This document shows, piece by piece, positions 11,831 to 24,093 of a stretch of DNA of 64,000 nucleotides. Position 1 is the stretch's first letter. Each line of letters opens with the position of its first letter. Made by a program: the position numbers and the translations under genes. The notes beneath the pieces are model-generated. The model saw nothing but the letters and a program-made list of their open reading frames with translations, was not told the origin of the DNA and ran no database searches. Source of the stretch: Octopus bimaculoides (Eukaryota); assembly GCF_001194135.2 (NCBI RefSeq), contig NC_068995.1:57831137-57895136 (forward strand). Reading direction: 5' to 3'.

Positions 11831-11984
11831 CAGGCATGGTAGAGCTGCACAATATATTCACTCTAGGCATAACACCATGAACTTCTAATTTGTTGTCTCT
11901 TGAGGTCTTTGGGTGAGATTTGGAGCCAACTTCTACAAATGCAAAGCAAAAGTCAAACATAAAATAATAATAATAATAATAATC

Positions 11985-12400
11985 CCCATCCAAAAAGATT
12001 AGGTGCTAGAGCATAAAAGACCGAACCTAGTGGTGGTCGACAAGATGTACCACATGTGCTATATAGTTGATGTTGCATGCCCCTTTGACCGACGAAAAGT
12101 CAAAAAGGAAGGCTGAAAAATAGATCAATGCAACCCTCTTAAGTACGGAATAGCTCGGCTATGGAAACTGAAGAAGGTGAAGATAGTGCCAATTATTGTT
12201 GGGTCCTTGGGAACAGTATCGGAAGGCATCAAGAGGAATATAAAGGAAATTGGAATAGAGTAGTACGGCCAGAATAATCAGGAAAGTATTAGGTACCTGA
12301 AAAGAACGGATGGCATGGTACCGTAGGCTGCATGTAACAAGCCCGCTACGCATGCAAGACTCCAGGAGTTCCAACAAAACCTGTGATAAAAAGAAATAAT
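11985..12400 (+). pseudogene. R4/Dong-type LINE 3' end (RLE domain plus 3' UTR)
   Basis: HKRPNLVVVDKMYHMCYIVDVACPFD..KIDQCNPLKYGIARLWKLKKVKIVPIIVGSLGTVSEGIKRNIKEIGIE; flanked by TAA-rich repeats. Confidence 0.85.
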
Positions 12401-12434
12401 AGTAATATGAATGATAATAATGATAATAATAAAT

Positions 12435-12966
12435 GCCCTGATACAGTACCAGGCACTGACTTTTTGTGGCTTTTGATCTTAACTGATTGGAAGTGTTATT
12501 ATGTACATTGTTTTGTCTTGGTATAAAAGATTGGTTACAGCAAATATTCTGTTTAATACTACAGATTTGCTTGTCAGTTGTTTGACCGTAACCATTTGAG
12601 CATGACCCTTAGTGGCTGATGATATGTGCATCTCTGACCATGAGCAGAAGTAGAGGAGGAGCATCATAGACATGTGTTGAGAGGAATTCTTTGAGGTTTG
12701 AATAATTCACCTCTGGAAACATGGGTGTTTTGTTCATCATCCTTTAACAAACCTTTTCCAACGACCTTTTGAGCAGGATGTGCTACTCAACCTGAAGAAA
12801 ATTCTAACTGGGCCCCATCTACAAGGTCATTCTCTGTTTAAGATCACCATGTCCTGCACATATGGCTGTGATGCATATGCCTGGTATACCCTTATCAGAC
12901 GGGTAGTCATGATGGGTATATTGGTACCCCAGTGTCAACTTGATGGCATGCACCGCTCTCTCACTC
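12435..12966 (+). mobile_element. ~530-bp non-coding interspersed element bounded by (TAA)n on both sides
   Basis: Complex non-coding sequence begins immediately after ATAATAATAAAT and ends CTCTCACTC-AATAATAAC. No ORF homology was recognised. Confidence 0.5.
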
Positions 12967-12987
12967 AATAATAACAGTAATAATAAG

Positions 12988-13435
12988 GGACAGGAAAGAT
13001 TATAAGACGTGTTCTAAGCACTTGAAAGACTATTAAAATCTCGTGGACACCTAAGGTTACCGCTAGTAACCGAAAACCTACATAAATCCTACCAGGAATA
13101 AGACCGAACCAGAGTCAAATCAATAATAATAATAATAATAATAATGATAATAGAAGGATGCCAGAAACATTTAGACCACATCCTAGGAGAACCATGTCTC
13201 AAGGAAATCCAGAAGATTGTGTCGACAAGTACTACCCACATCCTTAAAAAAAACCCTATCAATTTGAACGTTTGTGTTGTATTATACAGTGGCATCCCTC
13301 TACTTCTTTCGCCACTTGCCCTCGCTAAGCTTTCAGTTATATTTCAACATCTCTTAACCTTCACTTGCCCTAGGTGCTAGGTATGTCCCGACAAGTGATT
13401 GCATCAAACGTGCAGATTAAAAGTAAACAACCGTG
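12988..13435 (+). mobile_element. Two further R4/Dong-type 3' end fragments (12988-13130, 13150-13435) separated by (TAA)n
   Basis: GTGKIIRRVLST* and CQKHLDHILGEPCLKEIQKIVSTSTTHILKK are RLE C-terminal helices, each followed by a UTR and TAA repeats. Confidence 0.65.
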
Positions 13436-13460
13436 ATAATAAGAATAATTTCTTACTTAA

Positions 13461-13553
13461 GCCACATTCGCATCAGATAATACAAAGCCACAAGGGATTC
13501 GCATCAGAAAATACAAGCCACAGGGGATTCGCATCAGAAAATACAAAGCCACA
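13461..13553 (+). repeat. ~30-bp tandem repeat GCCACA(R)GGGATTCGCATCAGAAAATACAA(A), 3 copies plus a partial
   Basis: Units start at 13461, 13487, 13517 and 13548. Confidence 0.85.
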
Positions 13554-15401
13554 TTTGCTGAAGAGTGAGAGAGAGAGATGTTGTCTTTACGAAATTCTGA
13601 GAGTTATAAATGGTGAAAAAGCTGTCTGTTATAGGAGCAGAGTTTCGAATCAAAACCTAGGGAAAGTTTTTTAAAAATGATAAAAGAAAAGGAATGAAAA
13701 ATTAAAAGAAAAACATATAAAACAGATAAATATACAAGCAATAAAACAAACAAATAAGTAAATAAATACATAAACAAATAAAAACAAAAAAGCAGGTTCG
13801 CCATTAAACAATATGAGAAATTTTTTAATATTATTTAGAAAAGGTTCTAGTTTACATATTCCCGTTTGAAGGAACACGCTCATATTGTGTCAAAGACAAT
13901 TTCACTGCCAAACAGAACACAACGTTAAAACTTGGAATCGTCAAATGGCAAGAAAAAAAACGTAAAAGAAAGAAAGAGATTCAGCCAGGAAAGAAACAAA
14001 GAATGAATGAAAGAATGAATGAATGGCTGAATGGTAGAATGATAGAATGAAAGAATGTAGGAAAGAAGGCTACTGTTAACATAAATATAATGGCTTCTCA
14101 AGTAGTGTTTATTTAAAAAGAGACTCCAATGAAAATCTCTTTGAAGAACAGTCAATACGTCACTGCTATCATTTTTTCTTTCATTTTAATATTATGTTTT
14201 ATTTTTTTCATTTTATATTTTAATCTAAACATACTTCAAATGAATATAAAAAATTAATAAACTATGCAAACTCTATTGCATGTTTGAAAATCATTATTTT
14301 TCTCTCTATAAATACATGTATGTGTGTAGGTATATGCATATATTATTTTGAATATGTGTGTGTGTATGTATCTGTGTGTGTGCCTATGTAGTTTTAGGTG
14401 TGAGTAGATATGTATAGAAATATGCACGTCTATTTTTATCAGGTATTTACCAGGTTTCTCATAAGTAAGGCAGCAGTTGACATTATTTTGGTGCTTAAAT
14501 GCTTCTTTATTTATGGGACATCACATACACAAACATGCCCACACACAAAACACACACACGCACACACACACACACAGTAAATTTTTGCATAAGTATTCAT
14601 ATGCAATGCACATATGTATATGTGCATGCATGCGAATATATTTTTGTATGTGTATATATATATGCGTGTGTATGTATGTATATGCAAATATACATAAATA
14701 TTATGTACATATATGCAAATACACACTCANNNNNNNNNNNNNNNNNNNNNNNNNNNNNNNNNNNNNNNNNNNNNNNNNNNNNNNNNNNNNNNNNNNNNNN
14801 NNNNNNNNNNNNNNNNNNNNNNNNNNNNNNNNNNNNNNNNNNNNNNNNNNNNNNNNNNNNNNNNNNNNNNNNNNNNNNNNNNNNNNNNNNNNNNNNNNNN
14901 NNNNNNNNNNNNNNNNNNNNNNNNNNNNNNNNNNNNNNNNNNNNNNNNNNNNNNNNNNNNNNNNNNNNNNNNNNNNNNNNNNNNNNNNNNNNNNNNNNNN
15001 NNNNNNNNNNNNNNNNNNNNNNNNNNNNNNNNNNNNNNNNNNNNNNNNNNNNNNNNNNNNNNNNNNNNNNNNNNNNNNNNNNNNNNNNNNNNNNNNNNNN
15101 NNNNNNNNNNNNNNNNNNNNNNNNNNNNNNNNNNNNNNNNNNNNNNNNNNNNNNNNNNNNNNNNNNNNNNNNNNNNNNNNNNNNNNNNNNNNNNNNNNNN
15201 NNNNNNNNNNNNNNNNNNNNNNNNNNNNNNNNNNNNNNNNNNNNNNNNNNNNNNNNGCAGTCGCAGATTGGTTAGAGTTTCAGATAAAATATCCTCAGGT
15301 TTTATTTGAAGCAGCTTCTGTTTTGTGTTCAAATCTTGTCGAGGTTTATTTTACATTTTATCCTTTTTGTATCGATGAGAACCAGTTTAGAGAGTGGGGT
15401 T

Positions 15402-15453
<52 letters not shown>

Positions 15454-15465
15454 CCTAGAGCTTTA

Positions 15466-16050
15466 AAGTGTGGAGCTGGAAGGATCGTTAGCATGCCGGA
15501 GAAAAATTATTAGCACCATTTCATCCGTCTTTATGTTCTGAGTTCAAATTTTGCCGAGGTCGACTTTGCCTTTCATCCTTTCGGGGTCGATAAAACATGA
15601 ATCAGTTGAGCACTGGGATCGATGTAATCAACTTAACCCCTCCCCACAGGCTCTATTCCAATAGCGCCGTATGCCACCGAGGTCGACTTTGTTGCCTTTC
15701 ATCTTTTTGGGGTCGATAAGTACCAGATGTGCACTGGGGTCCATGTGATCGACTTCTCCCTCCACACCAAAATTTCAATTTTTATGCCTGTAGTAGAAAG
15801 CATTATTATAGTGTTGTTGTTGTTGTTGTTGTTTAAGGCAGCGAGCTGGCAGAATAGTTAGCACGCCGGACAACGTGCTTAGAGACATTTCTTCCGGCTT
15901 TATATTCTGGGTCCTAATTCTGCCAAGATTGATCTTGCCTTTGATCCCTTCAAAGTCGATAAAAAGTTAGTACCAGTCATGTACTGGGGTCGATGTAATT
16001 GACTAAGAGTTTCTCCCCCAAATCTCAAGCCTTGTCCGTACAGTAGAAAT
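15466..16050 (+). mobile_element. Three tandem SINE family A copies (15466-15647, 15675-15802, 15836-16050)
   Basis: The GAGGTCGACTTTG..TTTCATC..GGGGTCGATA core is repeated three times after an (ATT)n run. Confidence 0.85.
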
Positions 16051-16301
16051 GGTTGAAAGTGGCTTACACCGTACAGCGCTGGGGTTTGGGGGTTCGGAGT
16101 TCACTCTAGACACGATTTCTTGGGAAGTGCTTCAGAGCAAAAATGTCCATGTATATCTCTTTAGCCTATCACTTTCCATAACAGTTCATTAACCGACAGG
16201 TGTGCTCGAAAACGATTGCTATTAACCACTCTGAATTACTTCTTTTAAATAATTTTCTGCTCATTCATCTAAATTACCCAAATCATAAAGGTGTTCTCTT
16301 T

Positions 16302-16381
<80 letters not shown>

Positions 16382-17857
16382 ATAAATATATATATATATA
16401 TATTTGTGTGACAAGTCTGCAGATGATCGGGTAGAACAACGGCTGTACAGGCGGCGCCTCTTCATGCAGAAAAATGTGTCCACAGCTGACCTCCTGTCTT
16501 CATATACCAAACGTTTGTTTTTTTTTTTCTTTTCATTAACTGCATGTGAAATTTTGGAGAATTTGCGATTCTTCCGATTATTTTCCCGTTCTCACTTAGT
16601 TGGCACCAAGTGCCACCAAATGACTCGTCTACCGTTTCTGGAAGCGAAGATAATTTCAACAAATCAAGAATTCATATTTTATGTCATTTCATATAATGTT
16701 GTTCATCTTTGACTTTCAAATTCATGCCTCTGACCATTATCAGGAGTTTCTAAATTTTGTTATTTAAACGTGGGCGTGTGGGGGGGATGAGTGAGTTTGT
16801 GGTGGGGGGGAATGAAAATTTAGCAAAAAGAGCTATCGTACTGCTGGTTTTAAGACAGAAAGAACTCAATGCATTTGTCGAGTAAAGATTTTTAGTGGCC
16901 ACTGTCCGAAGATTCCCAAACCGGTATAAAACCACGATTGCTTGATGGGCGTCAAACTCTCTAACACGCACACACGCGCATACACATACACATACTCAAT
17001 GAAAGACGCATACACATACACACATATGTATATATGATAGCAGGCATAAATACTGGTTATTGGTTTGTTTGATTTCTCCATTCACACTTTGAATAAACAG
17101 AGGAAGAGAGGTAATAATACGGAGATGGTTACGAAGCTGAGGTCGTTGGAGGAACACCGAAACTGAGAGGCAGTTGCAGAGCGAGATAAAGTTGCACAGT
17201 CGATCGACATTAGATATATGACACACACTTACACACGCATTCACGCACATTCACACACACACATAGAAAGCTATAATCTAAATAGAAGGATAAACTTGAC
17301 AAGTAGCTGGAAGGGGAAATAAAGAAACTGTAGGTTTACATAGTCATACACGTGTGTGAATGTGGTGCGTATGTGCGTATGTAGGTTTATATAATTCTAT
17401 TTAAGTGCAGCTGATATGAATGTTGGTCAGTGAGTTGGTAGAATCCCCAGTCACATCGTATGGAGAGAAGGAAAGAGAGAGAGTCAATACGTTACGAGGT
17501 GTTGCATAATTTCACATCACACCAAGCAGCCAATGATAACTGCCTGGAAAAAAACCCCAGAAAAACCGTTTTCAAATAGTTTCCCAAATACTTTTCTGAT
17601 GGAGTGGGTTGCGATTATAGTGATAGGATTTAGAAAAACTGATATATTTATTGAAAATATACAAATGAGAGAATTGTTTTTTATATAAATTTATTTTAAA
17701 GATTGTTATTTTCTCTTGAAAGTAAAAATTCATTTCATTGTTTTGTGTCAGTTGCAAGAAGTTTGATAAAAGTTAGGCTTGTTGTATCCGTGACATGTTT
17801 CCTGATATTACCCTTGGAGGTTAAGAGATACTTCGAAAGCTAGCTGTCATGTAACAG

Positions 17858-17895
<38 letters not shown>

Positions 17896-17979
17896 AATCG
17901 TATGCACTCACATACTGTTGTATTTCGGGACGGTCATTTTTTTGTCAAATGAACACACGCACTATATATTTTTTCTTCA

Positions 17980-18028
<49 letters not shown>

Positions 18029-18102
18029 TCACAGATATATATATACACACACACATACATACAAACACAGGCAAATATACATGCATACACTCTATGCAGA
18101 AT

Positions 18103-18316
18103 ATTCTTTTCTACTCTGGGAACAAAGACCGAAATTTGGTGGGTGGAGGCCAGTCGATTAGATCGACTCAGTACGCAACTGGTACTTAATTTATCGACCC
18201 CGAAAGGATGAAAGGCAAAGTCGACCTCGGTGGAATTTGAACTCAGAACATAAAGACAGACGAAATACCGCTAAGCATTTCGCCCGGCGTGTTAACGGTT
18301 CTGCCATCTCGCAGCC
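18103..18316 (-). mobile_element. SINE family A
   Basis: Full-length reverse-complement copy (CGACCCCGAAAGGATGAAAGGCAAAGTCGACCTCGG..GAACTCAGAAC). Confidence 0.9.
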
Positions 18317-18876
18317 TCAGTTTATCTGCTGAATATTGTACCTACAACAATCTCGCTTCGTAACAATGTATTCTATTCATAGGTGGAGCGGCAAACTTTT
18401 ACTACAATACTACATGTTCAACAACAATCAAATGCCACATGTCTTGAGGAAAAATCTGATGGAGCGGAAGTGCTAACCAAGCAACGACCACCTCACCACA
18501 TTTTCTGGCCTTTTAAAATCAAATAAGTCGGCGTGCATGCGCATGAGTGCGTGCCAACAGGTTGGTACGAGTGATCGGTAGCATGAAAGTTTTTTAATGC
18601 TTTCACCGCTCCCACCACCACCCCCTCCTCCACATGAAAAAAGTAAATTTTTTTTTATATATATACATACATATATTAAACAAGTCTCGTATCAGAGAGA
18701 TCAAAAGAAGAGATACACACAGGAGAGGCAAAATAGAAGCAGTGTCGGATTGCGTTTTGTACACAGTACACGTGTGTGTGTGTGTGCGCGCGTGTGTGTG
18801 CGCGTGTGTGTGTGTGCGCGCGCGCGTACGTCCATTCAGACATCCATCTATGCAGATATAGGCATGTTCATACATT

Positions 18877-18912
<36 letters not shown>

Positions 18913-19389
18913 TAAATATATGTGCGTGTGTGTGCATGAATATGTACACATATATACATACATATACATCTATATAGAAATGTATACATACACGCATGTA
19001 CATATTCATATGAATGTTTACATAAACATACATATATACATATATGTGTGTATATAAATATAATTCTGGTCAAAAGGCTGAATACACTGATAAAAATGAA
19101 GTTTTATGGTGTAATTAACGATGTAGATGAAAAACAACGTATTCGATAATAAAACAGATAACCTGAGAACGTTCTACAAAAGTAGGGATATCAATATTAT
19201 ATTTAGTGTAATACTTGGTATGTTATCCCTTTGCCTCCAGTATTACTGCAATGCGGTCAAGCGTTTTTGCGCCCAAATTTTTTTTTTTTTTTGCAGTAAT
19301 CTAGGATTATCTCCCGTACACCTAAATCTGAAATATCTTCTCTTCCATCCATCCTTTTGTCTCTGTCTACTATTCCTGAAAAAATTGTA

Positions 19390-19590
19390 GAAGAGTCCTC
19401 AAGCATCTCTTCCATAGGGTCTTCTCAGAAGAAACCATCATTACATTAACCGGTTGGATTCTTAAGGCTGACCAACTGAGACTGTGGTTGTTAGCCAACC
19501 ATTTCGTTCTTTAATCTCCCGCTAGGTGTCCTGCTTGTTGCCTCGGCCTTCAACAATCCTTCTTGCAATTCTGTCCTGCAATATTCTCCG
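19390..19590 (-). pseudogene. Possible RTE-like LINE C-terminal fragment
   Basis: The minus strand gives LRRILQDRIARRIVEGRG and RTKWL, weakly like RTE EG..G.R.RGRP..W. Confidence 0.3.
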
Positions 19591-20658
19591 TAGCTTGTTT
19601 ACAAATAAATATCATGTAAATAATTAGATTTTATTTTAGTATCTAAACATATTCATAAAATATACACAAACATCTTAGCAGTAGAAATCAAAATTGTTAT
19701 TTTATAGATGAAAACACAATTGTTGTTGTTATTTTGACTATCTTCTTCATTCCTAAGAAAATCATATCAGAGAATATGGCTTGTGTAGGTAGTACTCAAT
19801 TCAGCTATCCAAGGGCTTCCCCCACCGTATATTATGTTATACCCTGAGGAAGCCGTTTAGTCATATTCGAATGGTTAAGAACTGTGGCCTTTCCGAAAGG
19901 TACACCGAACGAAAAATTACCTTCATTTTTTGACTACGAACCGTGTTTTGTGCGGCCCACTTCTCGGAAAATGTTGTCTGCGCCTAGTTTAGAAGTTCAA
20001 ACAATAATGACAACCCAGTTCAAGGCCACTGCGTAGGACTTGAGATAAATGTTATCGGCAAAACTACAAACGTGTGCCCTCTCTTTGATTTTATTTACTC
20101 ATAACTTTCTTTAGCGACTCAAATATTTCAAGGAAATTTTCCTGAGATACATTTAGATGTAAATTACCGGGAAGGAGGGAGTAAAATTGAAACAAATTTC
20201 ATTTTTTGCTTTTAGAAGGCTTTTCATTCCACCAACTCCATCGAACATTGTTAAATGCATATTTTTTGTGTAACTTTCCAGAGATGCGCTCTCGATGGCT
20301 TAGATTATGATTATCTAAATAAAATTTGAAAAATGAAAATTAACTATAATTTATACCACCAAAACACATATCTCAAAGAAATTTGAGAGAAAGATATGCA
20401 TTTAACAAATTCCGGTGTGTATGTGTGTGTGGAGGGGGTTGTGATGGTGGGGAAAGATCCTTTAAAATGTGCATGTGTATGAGTGAGTGTCTGTGTGTGT
20501 GTGTGTGTCTCGTTTATACAATCGGACAACCCTCGTGCTATATACGCACTCATACTTTCGTGTATAAATTCAAAACTGCAACTAGCATAACACGCACGAA
20601 GGAGTAAATGAATGTAATTAAGAGTAACTATAAGTATGGGATGAATGTACGCATTATG

Positions 20659-20691
<33 letters not shown>

Positions 20692-21391
20692 NNNNNNNNN
20701 NNNNNNNNNNNNNNNNNNNNNNNNNNNNATATACGAATGAATGCATATATAAGTTTGTACGTGCGTGCGCGTGCGTATGTACGTGTTAATCCGCCCACCG
20801 GCACGCGCTCGTGTGTTTTATGAAATTTGAACCAGAGCTAACCTGACTCGCAGGTGGAAGATGCAAGTATTTGACGACGGTTTCAGGGTTATCTCCCCTC
20901 CACACACTACGCACGCGCGCAAGCTCTGCCACGACCGCCCCATCGCTCCCTTCACCTTCGTCAATCGCTGTTCTGCCACGACTGTACAATCCTCCCGTCA
21001 GACATGTTTCAGTAAGGTGACCTATATTTATAGGTCGATGAAAATTCAGAGGAGGAGGAGGAGGAGGAGGAGGTCCTCCTCCGCCTCGTCATGATCGTGT
21101 TCATGATTATGTTGATGTTGTGAGGAGGAGGAAACTGATTCTGATGGTAATTAATGGGTCATGATGAGGTTGATGATGATCACGAGGAAGAGGATGATGA
21201 TGATGACCACGGTGAGGATGATGACGATGATGATTATGAGCAAGACTACGGTGACTAGGAGAGAGGGAGGGCTCATTGTGGTAGTGGTGGTGGTGGTGGT
21301 GGTGGTGTGATGACGATGACGATGATAGTGATGATTTCATTACTTCAAATAATTTTATGAAATTTTGTAGTAAATAAAGAATAAGAATAAA

Positions 21392-21422
<31 letters not shown>

Positions 21423-21942
21423 GCGTGCGTGTGCGTGCGTGCGTGCGTGCGTGTGTATACTTTATGCATTCATCCTGTTCTTCACCGAGGCCACTCAAAT
21501 CATCTTGAAAGACGACTGATGACTCGCGCGGAGACTCTTCGCTTTAAGTGTAGAAGAGTTGCAAACCGTCCACCTCACTCCCCCCCCCACCCATTGACCT
21601 TCTTTAATCCAGAGGCAAGAACAGGTCAAAACAAGTGGAGATGGAGGCGGATGCTACGGATGGGCAATTTTTTCACCTGCCTCATTGTGTGAGGCAGGTA
21701 ACAGTTTCTACTTGATACGTACTTCTACTCTTTGGTCAAATGTTCGTCCCACTGCGTGGCACCTTGGGTAAGTGACTTTTAACTATAGCGCGAGGCAATC
21801 AATACCTTTTCAGTGGATTTGGTTGACAGAAACTGTCTGGAGAGTCGTCGTCTGTCTGTGTGTGTGTGTGTGTGTGTTGGTTTGTTTACGCTTCCTAGCT
21901 TGCGGTTTAAGCCAGACTTAAAAATAAGTACAGAGATCGATC

Positions 21943-22129
21943 TACATTATTTACATTATTTGTATTTGACGGATATTTGTCCTCATCTTGTTTGTTGTTT
22001 TGAACCCGGGTTCAAAATTTCCCCAAGACACCTGATGAAGGCTGGAGGGTATATCAGCCGAAACGTTGTGTTAACAACAAACAAGATCAGGACAAATAGC
22101 CGTCAAATATCAGTAATGTAAACAATGTA
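21943..22129 (+). mobile_element. 187-bp fold-back mini-element (Penelope pseudo-LTR-like) with 57-bp inverted arms
   Basis: Arm 21943-21999 is the reverse complement of arm 22073-22129 with about 6 mismatches. It is flanked by an imperfect 10-bp duplication GAGATCGATC / GAGGTCGCTC. Confidence 0.85.
22027..22072 (+). ncRNA. Minimal type I hammerhead ribozyme motif
   Basis: Stem I GACAC(22027-31)/GTGTT(22068-72); core CTGATGA(22032-38) plus an extra A; stem II GGCTG/CAGCC; GAAA(22060-63); palindromic stem III ACGT; predicted cleavage triplet GUU, cutting after 22067. Confidence 0.85.
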
Positions 22130-22947
22130 GAGGTCGCTCTGTTCAGCTGAAATACTTCGGGGCAATGCTCCAGCATGGCTGCAATCAAATGACTGAAACA
22201 AGTAAAAGATAAAAGATTATTAAATTGGTGACTCACTAAATCTTGTTGAAACGCGACATCGCAAGATCGTGGACTGGCACCAGTTACATCAGTCTGATAG
22301 CTACACCATTCCAGTTCCTTTCGAACTTGAGATTTTGGTCGAGCAAGACCCCCGAACACTTGAACCCGACCCCCAGTCTAGCGAAAAACGTTGGCTGCTG
22401 ATTTTTTATTGTGGTGAAAGGGCTCTTCGTTTGGAATGACCATTTTCGACTCATTTGCAAAATTTGACGCAATTTCATGAGCCTAGTTTTCGTCAGACGG
22501 TTATAAGTCTCTCGTTTCGATATCTTAAAGTTCTCATTTAAATTCAATTTTTTATTGGAGATATCAATTTGAAAGAATTCTAACGTTGGCACAAAGCCAG
22601 ATATTTACAGGAATGAGACATTGTTAATCGTTTCGACGATCAGTATAAAATTGATACTACTACTATTACTAATACTATTACTACTACTGCAACTACTATT
22701 TTTTTCTTTATCTTCGTCATTTTTTCTTTTTCTTTATCTTCGTCATTTTTTCTTTTTCTTTTTCTCCTCCTCCTCCTCCTTTCTCTCTCTTTTTTATCCT
22801 CTCCTTCAAACACTCATATGTCGAAATGAACGGAAGCGACAATCACCACCACCATCATCACCACCACCACCATCATCATCATCACCACCATCATCATCAT
22901 CATCATCATCATTATTACTATCATTATTATTATTATTATTATTCAAA

Positions 22948-23155
22948 GGCGGAGAGCTGGCAGAATCGTTGGTACACCGGGCGAAATGCTTAGAGGCATT
23001 TCCTCTGCGTTCTGAGTTCAAATTCCCCCGAGGTCGACTTTGCTTTTATTCTTTCGAGGTCGATGGAGTAAGTACCTGTCAAGTATTGAGGTCGATATGA
23101 TTGGCTATCCCCCTCCCCCAAAATTTCAGGCCCCGTGTCTATAGTAGAAAGGATT
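22948..23155 (+). mobile_element. SINE family A
   Basis: GGCGGAGAGCTGGCAGAATCGTT..GAGTTCAAATTCCCCCGAGGTCGACTTTG; follows (ATT)n. Confidence 0.9.
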
Positions 23156-23167
23156 ATAATTATTATT

Positions 23168-23400
23168 ACTTTTTATCACAGGTTTTGTTGGAACTCCTGG
23201 ATTCTTCCATGCGTAGCGGGTTTGCTACCAGCAGCCTACGGTACCATACCATCCGTTCTTTTCAGCAATCTAATACTTTCCTGTAACAGATCTACTGGGC
23301 TCTCTATTCCAATTTCCTTTATATTCCTCTTGATGCCTTCTGATACTGTTCCCAAGGACCAGTAAGTCGCATGCCATGCTTTCGAAAGACTTCCTGGTTC
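23168..23400 (-). mobile_element. R4/Dong-type LINE 3' end, same family as 11985-12400
   Basis: Reverse complement of the 12190-12395 sequence (WSLGTVSEGIKRNIKEIGIE; UTR ..AAAACCTGTGATAAAAAG) ending in ATT repeats. Confidence 0.85.
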
Positions 23401-23496
23401 TGTAGTGGAACAGAACTCCAGCTGAAGCCCATACAAACTACTGGAAGAACATAGATGTTTCGTGTGTGCGAGCGTATGTGTGTGTGTGTGTGTGTG

Positions 23497-23530
<34 letters not shown>

Positions 23531-24061
23531 TGGTATATGCTTGTATATGGGCAGTAAGTGCATACTTCAAAACGTTCATATCTGGAAATTGTGAATATGT
23601 GCATACGTATATTTATATGTATGTATGTGTGTATTATGTATGTATGTATGTATGTATGTATGTATGCATGTATATTTATATGTATGAAGGCAGGTAGCAA
23701 AAATCTGTTTATAAGTGTACAAAGGAGAGGGAGAAAACTAGAAGACAAAGGGGAAAATAGCGAGAAAGAGAAGGGATGGAATCAAATAATGTACGTGTTT
23801 TTATTTGATCGAGTGCACGACCCTAATGCACCGCGCGCGCGTGTGTTTGTGTGTGTGTGAGCTTCTGCATACCTGTGAGCACCTGCACATGTATATGCCA
23901 TTGCATGAGAGCATGAGAGCATGAGGGCGTGCAGGCGGCTCTGTAATTGTGAGAATGTGTATTCGTGCATGAATAGACGCAATTTTGCATGTGTGCACAC
24001 AACACTGCATCTATTGTGTATATGTGCGCATATTTTTCAGTTAATGTGTGTGTGCATATAC

Positions 24062-24093
<32 letters not shown>

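Larger units (their letters stand above)
21725..22215 (+). mobile_element. SINE family C (head 21725-21852, (TG)n, 3' body) interrupted by the 21943-22129 insertion
   Basis: CCCACTGCGTGGCACCTTGGGTAAGTGACTT head. The 3' body resumes at 22130 and ends CCAGCATGGCTGCAATCAAATGACTGAAACAAGTAAAAG. Confidence 0.8.

Noticed and set aside
19841-19905. CTGAGGA-A-GCCGTT..AATGGT hammerhead-like start
   Set aside because: GAAA does not follow stem II and no stem III/NUH can be formed; at best it is a heavily decayed relic.
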